Part shown: positions 1 through 12,499 of the stretch, piece by piece
Layout: every line of letters starts with the position of its first letter
Position numbering within the stretch: the stretch's first letter is position 1
DNA from: Camelus ferus
Lineage: Eukaryota
Direction of reading: 5' to 3'
Length of the DNA stretch: 64,000 nucleotides
NCBI RefSeq assembly: GCF_009834535.1
Contig: NC_045711.1
Location: forward strand, 1,240,001 to 1,304,000
The notes under the pieces: model-generated
What the model was told of the DNA's origin: nothing
The model's database searches: none
Seen by the model: the letters and a program-made list of their open reading frames with translations, nothing else
Program-made: the position numbers and the translations under genes

Positions 1-352
1 GCTTGTCTCCTGTGCCAGAGGAACGGTCCCCACTCCTCCCTGCACCCCAGGGCAGTACCTGGCACCCGTGATGCTCAGCAGACGCTGGCTGAAGACCTGA
101 CTCAGTGGGGTCAGGGGAGCGCGGGGGTGCTTGGCCTGAGGGATCAGTTGGGCTGCAGGCTAACTCTGGCTCTACCAGGGACCAGCTTTGTGGCCTTGGA
201 CAAAGGCACCCCTTTCTGAGCCCAGTGTCCCTGAGATGGGGACCATGATGCCCCCTCAGGGGTTGTCGGGTCAAACGGGGTGTGGTTTGTGTCAAGTAGC
301 CGAGCGCTCTCTGGAAGTCGATTCTGAGTCAGGGACCCCAACTCTTTTGCAG

Positions 353-2933
353 GGGTCTTTCTTCTGCGACCTGGTGCTCATCTACTTCATCAAAAAGAGC
401 CACTTTTACCGAGACAAGAAGTACGAGGAAGTGAGGTCAGTTAAGTGTCCTCCCAGCAGCCCGAGGGGCGCCCACTAGGTCATCTCCCTCCCTGGCTGAG
501 AACCCTTACCTTGGTTTTCTGTTGGTGTTTGGCGACGGGGTAGAGGCAGGGCCGAATGCGGGGAGCTCGCCTGGATAGGCTGGGGAAGACGGAATGCTCT
601 GAATACCTGCTCTACAGGACTGGATTCTGCTTCAGAGCAGCTGGCAGAAGAAAAGCCACTCCAGGTCGTGGGCAGGAGACCTGGTTTCCAGACCTGGCTC
701 TATTACTATCTCCCCAAGTGACTCTGGACCAGTCCCAGGCCTCCTTGGGCCTCAGTTTCTCTCTCTGTGAAATGAGAGTGTTGGTTTACATACGGCGCCT
801 TCCAGCACTGGTCCTGGGGGCTGGGGTTGAGGTGGGGCTGGAGTGGTAAGGGAAGGAAAAGAATGGATTTTTCCCTCCAATCTCGGGGCCTCTTGGCCTT
901 GGGCTTGCTGGGCTTTGGGTGTGTATTTAGAGGAGCAGAACACAGTGTGCATGGAAAATCGTAGTGGTTGGGTGGATGGGAAGGGGCGAGGGGCTCTGGC
1001 CCAGCCTTTGGGGAAGGCTTTCTGGAGGGGCTGGGATCGGAAAGAGGAATTGCAGATAATGGGCTCTGGACGGGCACTGGGCACTTCCCTAAGCTCCACT
1101 ACAACCTGGGACAGGGCGGAGGGCCAGCCTGCATCATTCCCCTGGACTGAAACCCAGCCGTGGTTCTCAAGCTGAACCCTGAGCCCTGACTGCATCTGCT
1201 TCTCCCACTGAGCTGCTGGGGGAAGAGGGGCGCCCCCTGCAGGGCAAGCGGCTCACCAGTTCCCGGGGAAGGGGTGGCACCCAGGGCTTGCAGGCCAGGG
1301 TTAACAGGTCATGTCCTGCCTAGGGACCTAGGGGTCCTCGCCCAGCTGGCGGAGTCCTCGCAACACAGCGTGGCCCCGGCCGAGGTGGGAACGGGGCTGG
1401 CCGAGCAGCCCGAGGCGCAGGATGGAGGCGGTGGCCAGAAAGAGAATGGCTGTGTGTGCCAGCAGCTCCTCCAGCCCGCCAGGTGAGGGCTGCCCAGCCG
1501 AGGGCCGGGAACCAGGCCTGCAGAGACAGCCGTCTGCTACCCTGCTCCCTGCTCCGGCTGACCTGGCCACAGGCAGGACGTCCGGGACCCAGCAGAGCCC
1601 ATTCAAGCTGGGCTCTGGGTGGAGGGGTGCTGGTGGTGCTTTAGCCTCCCCACCAGTCCCCGAGTGACCACAAATGTGTCTGCTTGCTGTGCCGTCCCAG
1701 CATTAAGACCGTAACAGTGCTGTCACTCCCTCAGGCTTACTGTGCGGGGCGCTGCTCTGAGCTCTTTGTGTATGTGACCTCATTTCAGCAACCTAATGAC
1801 TGTGGACGCTAATATTCCCCATTCTACTAATGAGGAAACCGAGGCACAGAAAGGTCAAGTAACTTGCTCAAGTCACACAGCTAATAAATGGCAGAGCTGG
1901 GATTTGAATCCAGGCAGTGTGTCCCCCTAGAATCCATTTCTTCTCTATCAGGTTATTCTACTTTACTGAGCCCCCCATTCCACCACTCCCCTCAGATGCC
2001 TTCCCTAAGCTCCTCTTTGATGTGGAAATTCTGGAGTTGCCCTAGCTTCAGGAGGGTGGTGGCTGCTCACAGGCGGCCTGCAGGCTGCGATTCCCTGGAG
2101 CGCAGCCCAGAAGCCCTGGGCAGCCTGGCAGTTTCTGCAGATCTGACCACAGCCTGGCACAGGGGGCGCCCCGGGCTGAGTCGGGAGGCCAGCCTTTGGG
2201 CCTGCTCTTCTCCTGCCTGCCTCTGTACCTTCAACAGGTGCCCGGCCCTTTCTGGGCCTGTTTTCCTTTTCGTTCTAGTGGGGGCTGAACACAGGGGGCT
2301 GGTTCCCCTCCATCGGTAGGTAGGGTCCCATGACTCTCTTCTTGTCAGCTATGTCAGAGGGGTTCACTGACCTGGGCTGGCTTTCCTCTGCCTCGAGCTT
2401 TCATTCTTTGCTGACTTAGCTATTGGCAGCCTCCAACCTGGAGCTGAGCCAGGGCAGGGAAAGAGAGAAGTGAGCTGGGATGGAAAGGGGAGGCAAAGGA
2501 TGGAGAGGAGGCAAGAAAGACGGAGAGGCTAGGGGATCTGCCGGGGTAGGCCCGGCACCCAGCAGCTCCCAACATGCTCCTTGAGCCGATTGTCACTTCC
2601 TGGGCGCCCACCTGAGTTCCTTCACCTGCGAGAGGGAAGAGTGGCTGCCCTGCTGGTCTCAGCATAGCCTGAGGGCTCACTGCTGGGGCAGCTCCAGAGG
2701 CCTGGGCCTGAGCATCTCCCTGGGCCCGGGCTTTGGCCAGAGACCCTGCAGGACTGCAGTGCTGCCAGCCGGAGGCTTCTGTGAGTGGAGTCTGCCTCTA
2801 GCGAGGCCGTCCCCATCCGCAGGGCTCCCAACAGTCCTCTGTGCCCCACCTGCCCACACACAGGTCCGGCCACCAGGGGAACGGAAAGGCGAATGTGCAG
2901 CAACTGCGGAACCTGCAGACCGTGGAGGCGTAG
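353..2933 (+). CDS. P2RX5: P2X purinoceptor 5, last three coding exons (partial gene; upstream exons lie before the window)
   Basis: Exons 353-435 (GSFFCDLVLIYFIKKSHFYRDKKYEEV, end of TM2 plus the YxxxK-type motif; AG 351-352, GT 436), 1324-1482 (R-DLGVLAQ...QKENGCVCQQLLQPA; AG 1322-1323, GT 1483) and 2864-2933 (R-SGHQGNGKANVQQLRNLQTVEA*, AG 2862-2863, TAG 2931-2933). Both junctions are phase 2 and join in frame. The last exon is too short for the ORF track and was found by reading; it is less certain than the first two. Confidence 0.92.
1725..1925 (-). mobile_element. MIR SINE in the last P2RX5 intron
   Basis: atgaggaaaccgaggcacagaaaggtcaagtaacttgctcaagtcacacagctaataaatggcagagctgggatttgaatccaggcag (MIR core). 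Confidence 0.85.
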
Positions 2934-3194
2934 CCAGAGGTGTTGGCTGAGAGCAGATTTGGTGAAGATGTTGGAGGCAGAACTGCCTGCAGCTCTGAAC
3001 CAAGAAGAGTCGTCCTTGTCCACAATGGACTGGGGCTTCCAGGCACAGCCACCTCTCCTGCACTTTGGGATCTTGCTACAAGCTTTTCATTGTTTGTGTG
3101 GGGAGGGGAGCCTCCCGGTGGCCAGAGTGGCTCGTGCAGAAGAGGCCTAGAGCGTTTTCACTTTTCTGGAGAGCCTAGTAGGGCATTCACTTGT

Positions 3195-3300
3195 CCATTC
3201 ATTCATGCAGTAAACATTTTTTGATGCCTGCTGTGGGCTAGGACCTATCCAAAAGATGCTTGAATGAGACACTGACCTGGCCTTCAGGGAGGGGAGCACA
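3195..3300 (-). mobile_element. LINE-2 3' end
   Basis: cattcattcatgcagtaaacattttttgatgcctgctgtgggctagg, the typical L2 terminal (CATT)n / caacaaacatttattgag pattern. Confidence 0.65.
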
Positions 3301-3550
3301 CATGTAATTCCCTCCAGAGCCGACAGACATGACAGCTGGGCCCAGCACGCTGGCCTTCCTCTAGCCTCTGAGACTTGCACAGATCCCTAGGCTGGATGAC
3401 GACTCCTTAAGAGAATGACCTTGGCCAACATCCAAGGGGACACTTGGCCTTGCTCCCAGGGGTGAAATGTAAAGGTGGTCAAGGCGGCAACTGGGAGAGG
3501 GCTGGACCTGTGGGGAGGCAGCTGGCCATGAGGGGAGAGGCAGGCTCCCA

Positions 3551-5570
3551 GGGCTTCTAGGCAAGACGGCGGAGCAGTAGGACCCGTGAGCTCACTTCCC
3601 CTTGCGACTACAGCAAAACCACAAGTGACTGCTAAACAACTATTAGGGGGAAAAAAAAAAGACTGGAACCTAGCAAAAAAGATTATCTTCAACTGGAAAC
3701 ATAAAGAAGGAACCACACTGGGATGGTAGGAGGGGTGTGCTCGCGATGTAAACAGACCCCATACCCCTGGGGTGGGCGACCCCCAAGCTGAAGAATAATT
3801 AAGTCGCAGAAGCCTGCCCACAGAACTGAGAGTTCTGAGCCCCACGTCAGGCTCCCCAGCCCAGGGTTCTGACCTTGGGAGGAGGAGACCCCAGGACATC
3901 TGGTTTTGAAGGCCAGTGGGGCTTAACTCCAGGACCCCCACAGGACTGGGGGAAACAAGACATCCTTCTCTTGGGAAGCGTACACAGAATCTTGCGTGTG
4001 CCAGGTCCAAAGGCAGAGGCAGTGATTCATAGGAACCTGGGCCAGACCTGCCTGCTGGTTTTGGAGGGGCTGCTGGAGACTTGGGGGATGGCTGCGACTC
4101 ACCCAGGGGACATAAAAGCTGGTGGTGGACATTCCGGGAGTGTTCATCTACATGAGCTTTCCTGGAGGCTGACATCTTGCTTGTATCTTAGCACCAAGAC
4201 CTAGCCCCACCCAAGAGACTGTAGGCTCAGGGGCTGGGAAGCCTCAGGCCAAACAACATACTGGGTGGGAACACAGCCCCACCCATCAGCGGACTTCCTG
4301 AGCCTCTAGGCATACCCCTAGGCACCGGAGGTCTAGGAACAAGCTGCACCCAGCAGTGGGCAGGCACTCCTGGAAGGAGGAAGAAACCTGCATAAGCCTG
4401 TAGTCCAGCCTCATCCACCAGGGGGCAGGTACCAGAAATAAGAAAACAACAATCCCAAAGCCTGTGGAAGGAATCCACAAACATAGGCCAGACTCTACAC
4501 TGGGACCACCTGGACCCTGGCTGTTGGGTGCCAAGAGAGGAGTGTACTGCTGGGACGCACAGGACGTCTCCCACAGAGAGCCACTTCTTCAAGGTCGAGA
4601 AACATAACTAACTTACCTAAAAATACAAATAGAAAGACAATATGAGGCAGCAGAGGAATATCTTCCAGGCCAAGGCACAAGATAAAATCCCAGAAGAAAT
4701 AAGTGATGAGGAGATAGGCAATTTATCTGAGAAAGAATTTGGAGTAATGATGGTGAAGATGTTAAAAGAACTCAAGAGGAGTATATAGATGCACAGAGCG
4801 AAGTTTTTAGCAAGGAGTTGGAAAATATAAAGAATACTCAAACAGAGTTGAAGAATAAAATCACTGAAATGAATAATACACTAGAAGGAACCAAGAATAG
4901 ACTACATGAGGCAGAAGAACGGATCAGTGCTAGAAGACAGATTAGTGGAAATCACTACTGCAGAACAGAAAAAAGAATGAAAAGAAATGAGGATAGTTTA
5001 AGAGAACTCTGGGACAACATGAAGCACACTAATTGCATTACAGGGGTCCCAGAAAGAGAAGAGACAAAGGACCTGAGAAAATTTTTGAAGAGATAACCAA
5101 AAACTTCCCTAAGTTGGGAAAGGACACGGTCACCCAAGTCCAAGAAGTGCAGAGAGCTCCACACAGGATCAACCCAAAAAGGGACACACCAAGGCACATA
5201 GTCATCAAATTGACAACAATTAAGGATAAAGAGAAAATATTAAAATCAGCAAAAGAAAGGCAACAAATAACACACAAAGGAACTCCCATAGGTTATCAGC
5301 TGATTTTTCAGCAGAAACTCTATAAGCCAGAAGGGAGTGGCATGATATATTTAAAGTGATGGAAGGGAAAAACTTATAACCAAAAATACTCTATCCAGCA
5401 AGGCTCTCATTCAGATTTGATGGAGAAATCAAAAACTTCACAGATAAACAAAAGCTACAAGAATTCAGCACCACCAAGCCAGCTTTACAACAAATGTTAA
5501 AGGAACTTCCCTAGTCACCAAACCACAAGAAAAGAAAAAAGAAAGAGGCGGGAAAAAAAAGACCTATAAA
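3551..5570 (+). mobile_element. LINE-1 5' portion: complete 5'UTR plus decayed ORF1
   Basis: Starts with the L1 5' terminus caagacggcggag (YY1-like). ORF1 remnant 4642-5514 translates in pieces as MRQQRNIFQ..., ELENIKNTQTELKNKITEMNNTLEG..., QEVQRAPHRINPKRDTPRHIVIKL..., YPARLSFRFDGEIKNFTDKQKLQEFSTTKPALQQMLKEL, with frameshifts and stops. Confidence 0.93.
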
Positions 5571-5749
5571 NNNNNNNNNNNNNNNNNNNNNNNNNNNNNN
5601 NNNNNNNNNNNNNNNNNNNNNNNNNNNNNNNNNNNNNNNNNNNNNNNNNNNNNNNNNNNNNNNNNNNNNNNNNNNNNNNNNNNNNNNNNNNNNNNNNNNN
5701 NNNNNNNNNNNNNNNNNNNNNNNNNNNNNNNNNNNNNNNNNNNNNNNNN

Positions 5750-6890
5750 TTGTATCATCTTTAATTTCCTTCATCAGTGTTTTACAGTTTTAAGAGTATG
5801 GGTAATGTCCTTGGTTAACTCTATTTCTAGGTATTTTGTTGTTTTTGATGCAATGGAAATTTATGCCAGTTATAAAATTCTGGTTCTTGAAGTGCAAAAA
5901 AAAAAAAAGTGAATGAAGGGCCACAAATGTCAAAATATCCTTTTTTTGTGGGTGAGCTGTATTCCATTGCATGTGTATACTACATCTTATTTATCCATTC
6001 ATCTATTGATGTTCATTTGGGATGCTTCCGTGTCTTGGCAATTGTAAATAGTGCTGCTGTTAATAGCAGGGTTTATGTGTCTTTTTGAATTAATGTTTTT
6101 GTTTTTCTNNNNNNNNNNNNNNNNNNNNNNNNNNNNNNNNNNNNNNNNNNNNNNNNNNNNNNNNNNNNNNNNNNNNNNNNNNNNNNNNNNNNNNNNNNNN
6201 NNNNNNNNNNNNNNNNNNNNNNNNNNNNNNNNNNNNNNNNNNNNNNNNNNNNNNNNNNNNNNNNNNNNNNNNNNNNNNNNNNNNNNNNGATGGCCATTTT
6301 GACAGGTGTGAGATGGTGTCTCGTGATTTTGATTTGCATTTCCCTGATATTAGTGATACTGAGCAACTTTTCATGCTCCTGTTCACCATCTGCATTTCCT
6401 CTTTTGGAAAAATGTCTATTCAGTTCTTCTGCCCATATTTTAAATGGATTGTTTGCTTTTTAGTTGCAGTAGTTGATTTAAAATGTGTTAGTTTCTGGTG
6501 TACAGCATGGATGGACTCGGAGGGCATCATGCTAAATGAAGTAAGTCAGACGGAGAAAGACAAATACTGTAAGATATCACTTACATGTGGATTCGAAACA
6601 AATACAACAAACTAGTGAATATAACAGAAAAGAAACAGACTCACAGATGTAGAGAAAGAACTAGTGGTTACCAGTGGGGAGAGGGGAGAGAGAGGGGCGA
6701 GATGGAGGTGGAGGATTAAGACGTACAAACTATCACGGATAAAATAAGCTACAAGGATGTATTGTACAATGTGGAGAGTATAGCCAGTATTTTATAATAA
6801 CTATAAATGCAGTATAACCTTTAAGAACTGTGACTCACTATCTTGTACACCTGTAACACACACAGTATACATAAACTATACTTCAACTTA
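5750..6890. mobile_element. Rearranged LINE-1 ORF2/3'UTR fragments (inverted 5750-6460, forward 6507-6890)
   Basis: Minus-strand ORF2 peptides MKEIKDDT, KTLIQKDT..., IREMQIKITRHHLTPVKMAI; plus-strand WMDSEGIMLNEVSQTEKDKY followed by an L1 3'UTR. Interrupted by N gaps. Confidence 0.9.
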
Positions 6891-7026
6891 NNNNNNNNNN
6901 NNNNNNNNNNNNNNNNNNNNNNNNNNNNNNNNNNNNNNNNNNNNNNNNNNNNNNNNNNNNNNNNNNNNNNNNNNNNNNNNNNNNNNNNNNNNNNNNNNNN
7001 NNNNNNNNNNNNNNNNNNNNNNNNNN

Positions 7027-7628
7027 GCTGGCAGGAACGTCAGATGGGGCATCTGTGGTGGAAAGCAGTCTGATGGTTCCTCAAAAAGTTAAACAGAGAC
7101 TCACCACATGATCCAGCAATCCCATTCCTAGGTACTGGGTAAATTCAAGACATATTTTCAAACACGTATGCAAATGTTCACAGCGGCACGATTCACAGTA
7201 GCTGAAAGCTGGAAGCAACCCAAGGGTCCACAGACAGATGATGGGTAAATGAATGTGGTCCATTCACACAGTGAAATCTGATTCCACCTTTAAAAGGAAG
7301 GAAATCCTGGCACCTTCTACACCATGCACGAACCCAAAGAACGTGATGCTCAGCGAGAGAAGCCAGACAGAGAAGGACAAATACTGTGTGATTCTTCTCC
7401 CTAGAGAAGTCAGAGTCATAGAGACAGAAAGTAGAAGGTGGGGGCTGGGGAGGGGCTGTTAAGGGGCACGAGGTTCTTTTTGAGGTGCTGAAAATGTTCT
7501 AAAATCCACAAGGGTGATGTCTGTACAAACCCATGAATACATCAAAAACAACTGGATCACACACTTTAAATGGGGGGTGTGGTCTGTGAGTTACAGCTAA
7601 TAAAGCTGTTATCAAAAAAAAAAAAAAA
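7027..7628 (+). mobile_element. Old LINE-1 (L1MB-like) 3' end with polyA tail
   Basis: ORF2 C-terminal remnant (gatccagcaatcccattcctagg, gaagcaacccaagggtcc), L1MB-type 3'UTR ending aataaagctgttatc(A)n. Confidence 0.85.
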
Positions 7629-7904
7629 GGGGGGGGTGGTGAGGGAAGAGGAGGAAGCAAAGAGAGCCTCGAGAAGCTCGGGGGATAGCGTCTCACCCAG
7701 ATGGGAGACGCACTGCCTGTAAGGTTTGGCTCTTGCTGTCCTGTGGGGCTTGGGTGTCCCTGCCCACTTCCCTCCCTCTCTGCTCTGAGGCTCCATCTGA
7801 AGGGCTAATGAGATGATGATGGCACTCACTCCGCAGGTGGAAGTTGCCGCTAGGGAGGCCCTTGCTTCCCTCACCCCTGAGCCTCCGCCCCGCCCTGCCG
7901 AGCT

Positions 7905-8062
7905 CTGCTGCTTCCCTCTGTGTGGTCCGTGGACCAGCAGCATCGACATCACCTGGGAGCTTGTTAGAAACGCGGTCTCAGGCCTCTCTCCTGTCCCTAA
8001 ATCAGAACCTGCGTTTCAACAAGACTCCAGGTGATTCACGCGCACTGTAAAGGTTGACAAGT
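7905..8062 (+). mobile_element. MER5A-like hAT-Charlie DNA transposon relic
   Basis: gtgtggtccgtggaccagcagcatcgacatcacctgggagcttgttagaaa...aacaagactccaggtgattc matches the MER5A consensus as recalled. Confidence 0.8.
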
Positions 8063-10199
8063 GATGCTTGAGGAGATATGCAAGGGCTGCTTCCGAGGGA
8101 GGAAAAGGCCAGCTTTGGTGGGTGATGCCAATTTCCAGATCAAACTTACTCTCAAGCTACCCTGAGACCAAGCAGATCCCCCCCCCCCTTTCCTCGCTCC
8201 AGGAAAGTAGCATTATGCTAAATTCATTCAAATTAAAATATTTTGACTAGGCCATACTTAAGTGATCCAAAATTTAAGAGGCACAAAAGAGCAGTGAAAA
8301 GCTTCCCTCCCACCCGTTCCCCGAGGCAACGTGTTACCAATTCCAAGAGTCTCACCTGTCTTGCTGAGACTCTTCTTAGTTACTCACCTCTTCCTTCAGG
8401 AAATGAGCTTTTCCTGACGCCTGCATGGCAGACCGAGTCTCCTCTGTCAGAACGGACGCGCTGGAATCTGCTTAAGCTCCGGGTTGAGAAGTTGGCCGGC
8501 TCGCTTCTCCCTCTGCGCTGGCTGAGAAGCCCCTGCCCCTGCGTAGACGCAAAGGGAGGGGCCTAGAACTCAATCACTTTTGTTGGATCCACTTGGCATC
8601 CAAGCCAAAGGCAGCGCTGCCCCTCACCCAGCAAGCCCAGGCGCTGAGTGGGCACCCGCCTTGACTCTAGGGAGCCTCCTCTCTGGGAGGAGTATGGTTC
8701 TCCTCCGCACAGAGGGGGCAGTGAGCATCCTTCCACTGCGGCCTTTGGAGGACAGGGTTAGAGGGGCCCTCAAGGTCCCTGGTGAGGCCCCGCCTCTGGG
8801 GCAGAGGGGCGTGGTCCCCAGAACAGGACCCCTTCTAAAGAAGCAGCTCCTTCCCTTGGGCTGCCTGGTGACCAGTCAGCAAGCCCAACCTGTTCTCTGA
8901 AGAAAAAGTGAAAAATCTGGGTGATTTACTATGATGTTGACTTTTCCCTAAGGCAAACCCTTGGATTTGATAACACAGCATGTGACTTGTACGTTTGGGA
9001 AGAAGTAAAAAAGGCAGGGGTTACAGCTGCTTAGGAGTTGGGCCTGGCTTCTTTTAATGATTTTGGAATCGCCTGGCAGCAGCCATATAACGTGGGGACA
9101 GTTGTGCTATTTTGTATCGGAGTGGAAATGTCTCCCTACAGTTATTCAGGCGGTACTTGGGAAAAGCCCCTTTTCCTCGAGGCACCAGCTGCCTCATCAG
9201 GAAGATGATCACCAGCTTCTCCTTTCCATGCTGACATTTCAGGATCACAGTTGTCCATGCTTATGTTCAAGCCCTGGCCTAAAGCCATCTATCTAGGACT
9301 TCCCTACCAATTCTGCTATTCCTTGCCTTGGGAGTATCATGATGCTGGCCAACGGGAAAGTTTTAAATTGGGTGCTATTTATGTGACATCATGGGGACCA
9401 GCCATGAAAGAGCTAAGTGCCCTTTACTCCTGATGCAGGGGTCACCAGGACTGACCAGTCTTGGCTGCCTTTTGTACCACCCCCAACCCCATCAGTTCCT
9501 TTCTCAGAGGCTGCCTTCCCCACTGGGGGACCAGTCATAAAGGGGGAATGTGACTTCCTCCAGATGTCCCTAAGTGCCCCAGAAGTCCTTAAATCACCCC
9601 ACTTGGAACTGCATCTTGCATGTCTGGAAAAGGGCTCCATTTAGTTCCAGCCTGCCCCCCTCCCCGCAAATGATTCAACTCTCCTCAGAGCATCTTCTCC
9701 AGTGGACACAGGAGCACTCTCTACAAGACACTTTTCTTCCACCTGTTTCCCCTTAGGCCTGTGGACAGAATTAAAAGGGAGAAGGAGAAGATGGGAAGCA
9801 TTTTCTGGGACCTACCCAACATATGTATTTTCTGACAGTTTTATTTGGTTATAAAATAATAAAAGGTGTTAACTTTAAATGTGTCCTGATTTTCTCCCCT
9901 TCGTATCTTCATGGTGACTCTGTTTTAGAGGAAATGTTTAATGGCGTAAGTTTTTTTGCCTTGCTTGGCTGTTTTCCTTTCTTTCTTCATTTTCTCACTT
10001 CTTTGATTTAATTTATTCGTAAGAACTTGGGGAAGGCGTAGCAGGCTAAAGTTTTTCTACATGTAAGAGGCAGGCGGAGGAGATTCTGTCCTGGGAAGGC
10101 TTCATAGGGTCTTGCTCGGTTAGTTTGGCCTTGATACTAATAGCAGTTTGGGGGAGACTCTCGAAGTTTTAGTCAGGAGTGATGCGATTAGATTGGCTT

Positions 10200-10627
10200 T
10201 GTTTAAGCCATTAAAGTCAAGGACCTTTAGTTCCTCCTCAAGAGCTACAGATAATATTCTGAGCCATGTCCTTTGAGCTGTTTTGCAAATACTGAAACCC
10301 CTACCAGGTGGAAAAAGTTAACCATATGCTGCTCAAAACCATAGACCCTACTGAAAGCAGAAGGTTGATGTTGACCCCTCGTTACCTCACCACCAACCAA
10401 TCAGAATATGCAAAAGCTGATCACGAAACTCAAAACCTTCTCCCTCACCCTGTCTTAAAAAATCTTTTCCTGAAAGCCATTGGGGCGTTCGGGACTTTTG
10501 AGCACTAGCTGCCTGATCTCCTTGCTTGGTGCTTGCAATAAACACTGCACTTTCCTTCAGCACAACCTGGGTCAGTAGATGGGCTTTACTGCTCGAGGTG
10601 AGAGGACCCAAGCTTGATTTGATAACA
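10200..10627 (+). mobile_element. ERV1-class solo LTR (5' boundary uncertain)
   Basis: accaaccaatcagaa CCAAT box, AT-rich TATA-like cttaaaaa, aataaa at about 10537-10542 and terminal ...gataaca, typical of ERV1 LTR U3-R-U5. Confidence 0.6.
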
Positions 10628-11269
10628 AAACTCCCTACTGTGGTCTACCTCATGGCTTCTTCTCTAAACTCTTCAGATATGAGCCAAACTCCTTCCTTCC
10701 CAATGACCCTCACACATGTGCTTTCTTGCCAAGTAAAACCTGACTGTTACTCAACCTTTGGGTCTCAACTATAATGTTATTTCCTCAAAGAACCTACCCC
10801 CACCCCCAGCCCTAAACCTGGGTTAGGTTTGAAGCACTTAATATCACTTAGCATAATTTGAATATTTGTGAAATCAGGTAAGGCTGATCTTCCCATTTAA
10901 GACTAAATTCCACAAGCAATATGTTCATTACTTAACTCTAATGCAGTATTTGTTTCTCAATTAAATGTATGCGTGCTATTCTAAAATAATTCTCCTGATA
11001 AGGGATCACAGCTTAGGATATAGACAGAAGCATTCACACTCTAGACAAACCCAAAGTTTAGCTTACTCATTCAGTCTGTTCAATCTTCACTGGACGTAGT
11101 CTAGAAAAAAAGGGCTTGAATTTATTTATTTATTTTTTAATGGAAACGACAGCTAACTGTAACTAGGTGAAATGGAACGGAAATGCCACCATTCACACCT
11201 GAAAGCAGTGGTTAGTGGGAGGGAAGGCTAGGCTCTGAAAACACGGGCTCAGCCAATACAGTTAAGAAC

Positions 11270-11480
11270 AATTAAGAGACCTACATTTGAATCCTGGCTC
11301 TGCCTCTTCCAAGCTGTGCCCCCTGTGATAGAGGTTATTTCATCCTTCTGAGCCTAAAGTTCATCAATGGGGGATAATAATCACATATACTCCATAAGAA
11401 TATTGCAAAAATTAATGAGATAATGGAGGGACAAGGAACAATGCCCGGCATATAAGGCACACAATAAATATTAACTGTCG
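11270..11480 (+). mobile_element. MIR SINE
   Basis: tttgaatcctggctctgcctcttccaagctgtg...tctgagcctaaagttcatcaatggggataataat. Similar MIR cores occur at about 25020-25170, 26020-26200, 30510-30680, 30930-31150, 34270-34440, 37590-37700, 41270-41500, 55330-55490, 57960-58130, 59680-59800, 61040-61180 and 62560-62700. Confidence 0.75.
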
Positions 11481-11689
11481 TTCTCAGGATGTTAACCACA
11501 AGTTCTCTCCTTATTTAGGCCCTAGAGTACCCACGGAGGATGGTCTATGTGTAAATGCAAAGAAATTACCGAAAGCTAAGGTCCAGTCCTAGCTCTTCCA
11601 GACTGAAAACATGGTGATTTTGCACCCCCGGCAGCTGGGGGGTATGCGTTAACGTAGGAAAAAAACTCCACAAAGGGTCTCACGCTTCT

Positions 11690-11695
11690 TTTAAT
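11690..11695 (-). terminator. Candidate EMC6 polyadenylation signal ATTAAA
   Basis: tttaat on plus = ATTAAA on minus, about 190 nt after the EMC6 stop. Motif only. Confidence 0.45.
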
Positions 11696-11881
11696 CTGAA
11701 GAACATTACAGGCTCCTCGTCTTAAGATATAAATTATTTATAACGTTACACAACAAGCAGCGAACCAACAATTTAAAAACTAGGTTAAGTCTACACGGTG
11801 TTAATTTCTGGCAACAGTCCTCTCTCAATCTGTTTTGTATTTTTTTTTTTTTTAAAAACAAAAGGCATCCCTGCCCCCGTT

Positions 11882-12229
<348 letters not shown>

Positions 12230-12499
12230 TCACCCTCTGCTTCCTCGCGGAGCAACGCGGGGCTGCGGAGAGAACCAAGTTACAAGTGGCGCTCGGAGCG
12301 CAGCGAGTTGGCTTCACGCCGCCCCTCCCCCTGGGGTGGCCGAGACCTCGCACCCCTCCTGGGTCTCGGACCTTCGAAAGACGCGGAGAAGATTGAGGGC
12401 TCGGGCCGGCCATGGGGGCGATGGCAGGTCTGCACTTCCCGCCCAGGCTAGCCCAGTTACCTGGAACCCGGCGGCGGACGCGGTCACTCGGCGTTTCCT

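Noticed and set aside
1883-1888. AATAAA in the last P2RX5 intron
   Set aside because: Part of the MIR consensus (gctaataaatggcagagc); nothing else supports intronic polyadenylation.
2940-3224. ORF containing SRFGEDV as a candidate P2RX5 terminal exon
   Set aside because: No pyrimidine tract; the 2864-2933 exon has a better acceptor and fits the known tail.
3387-4175. 262-aa ORF antisense to the L1 5'UTR (ORF0-like?)
   Set aside because: Runs past the L1 boundary into unique DNA; ORF0 is described for primate L1 and I see no similarity.
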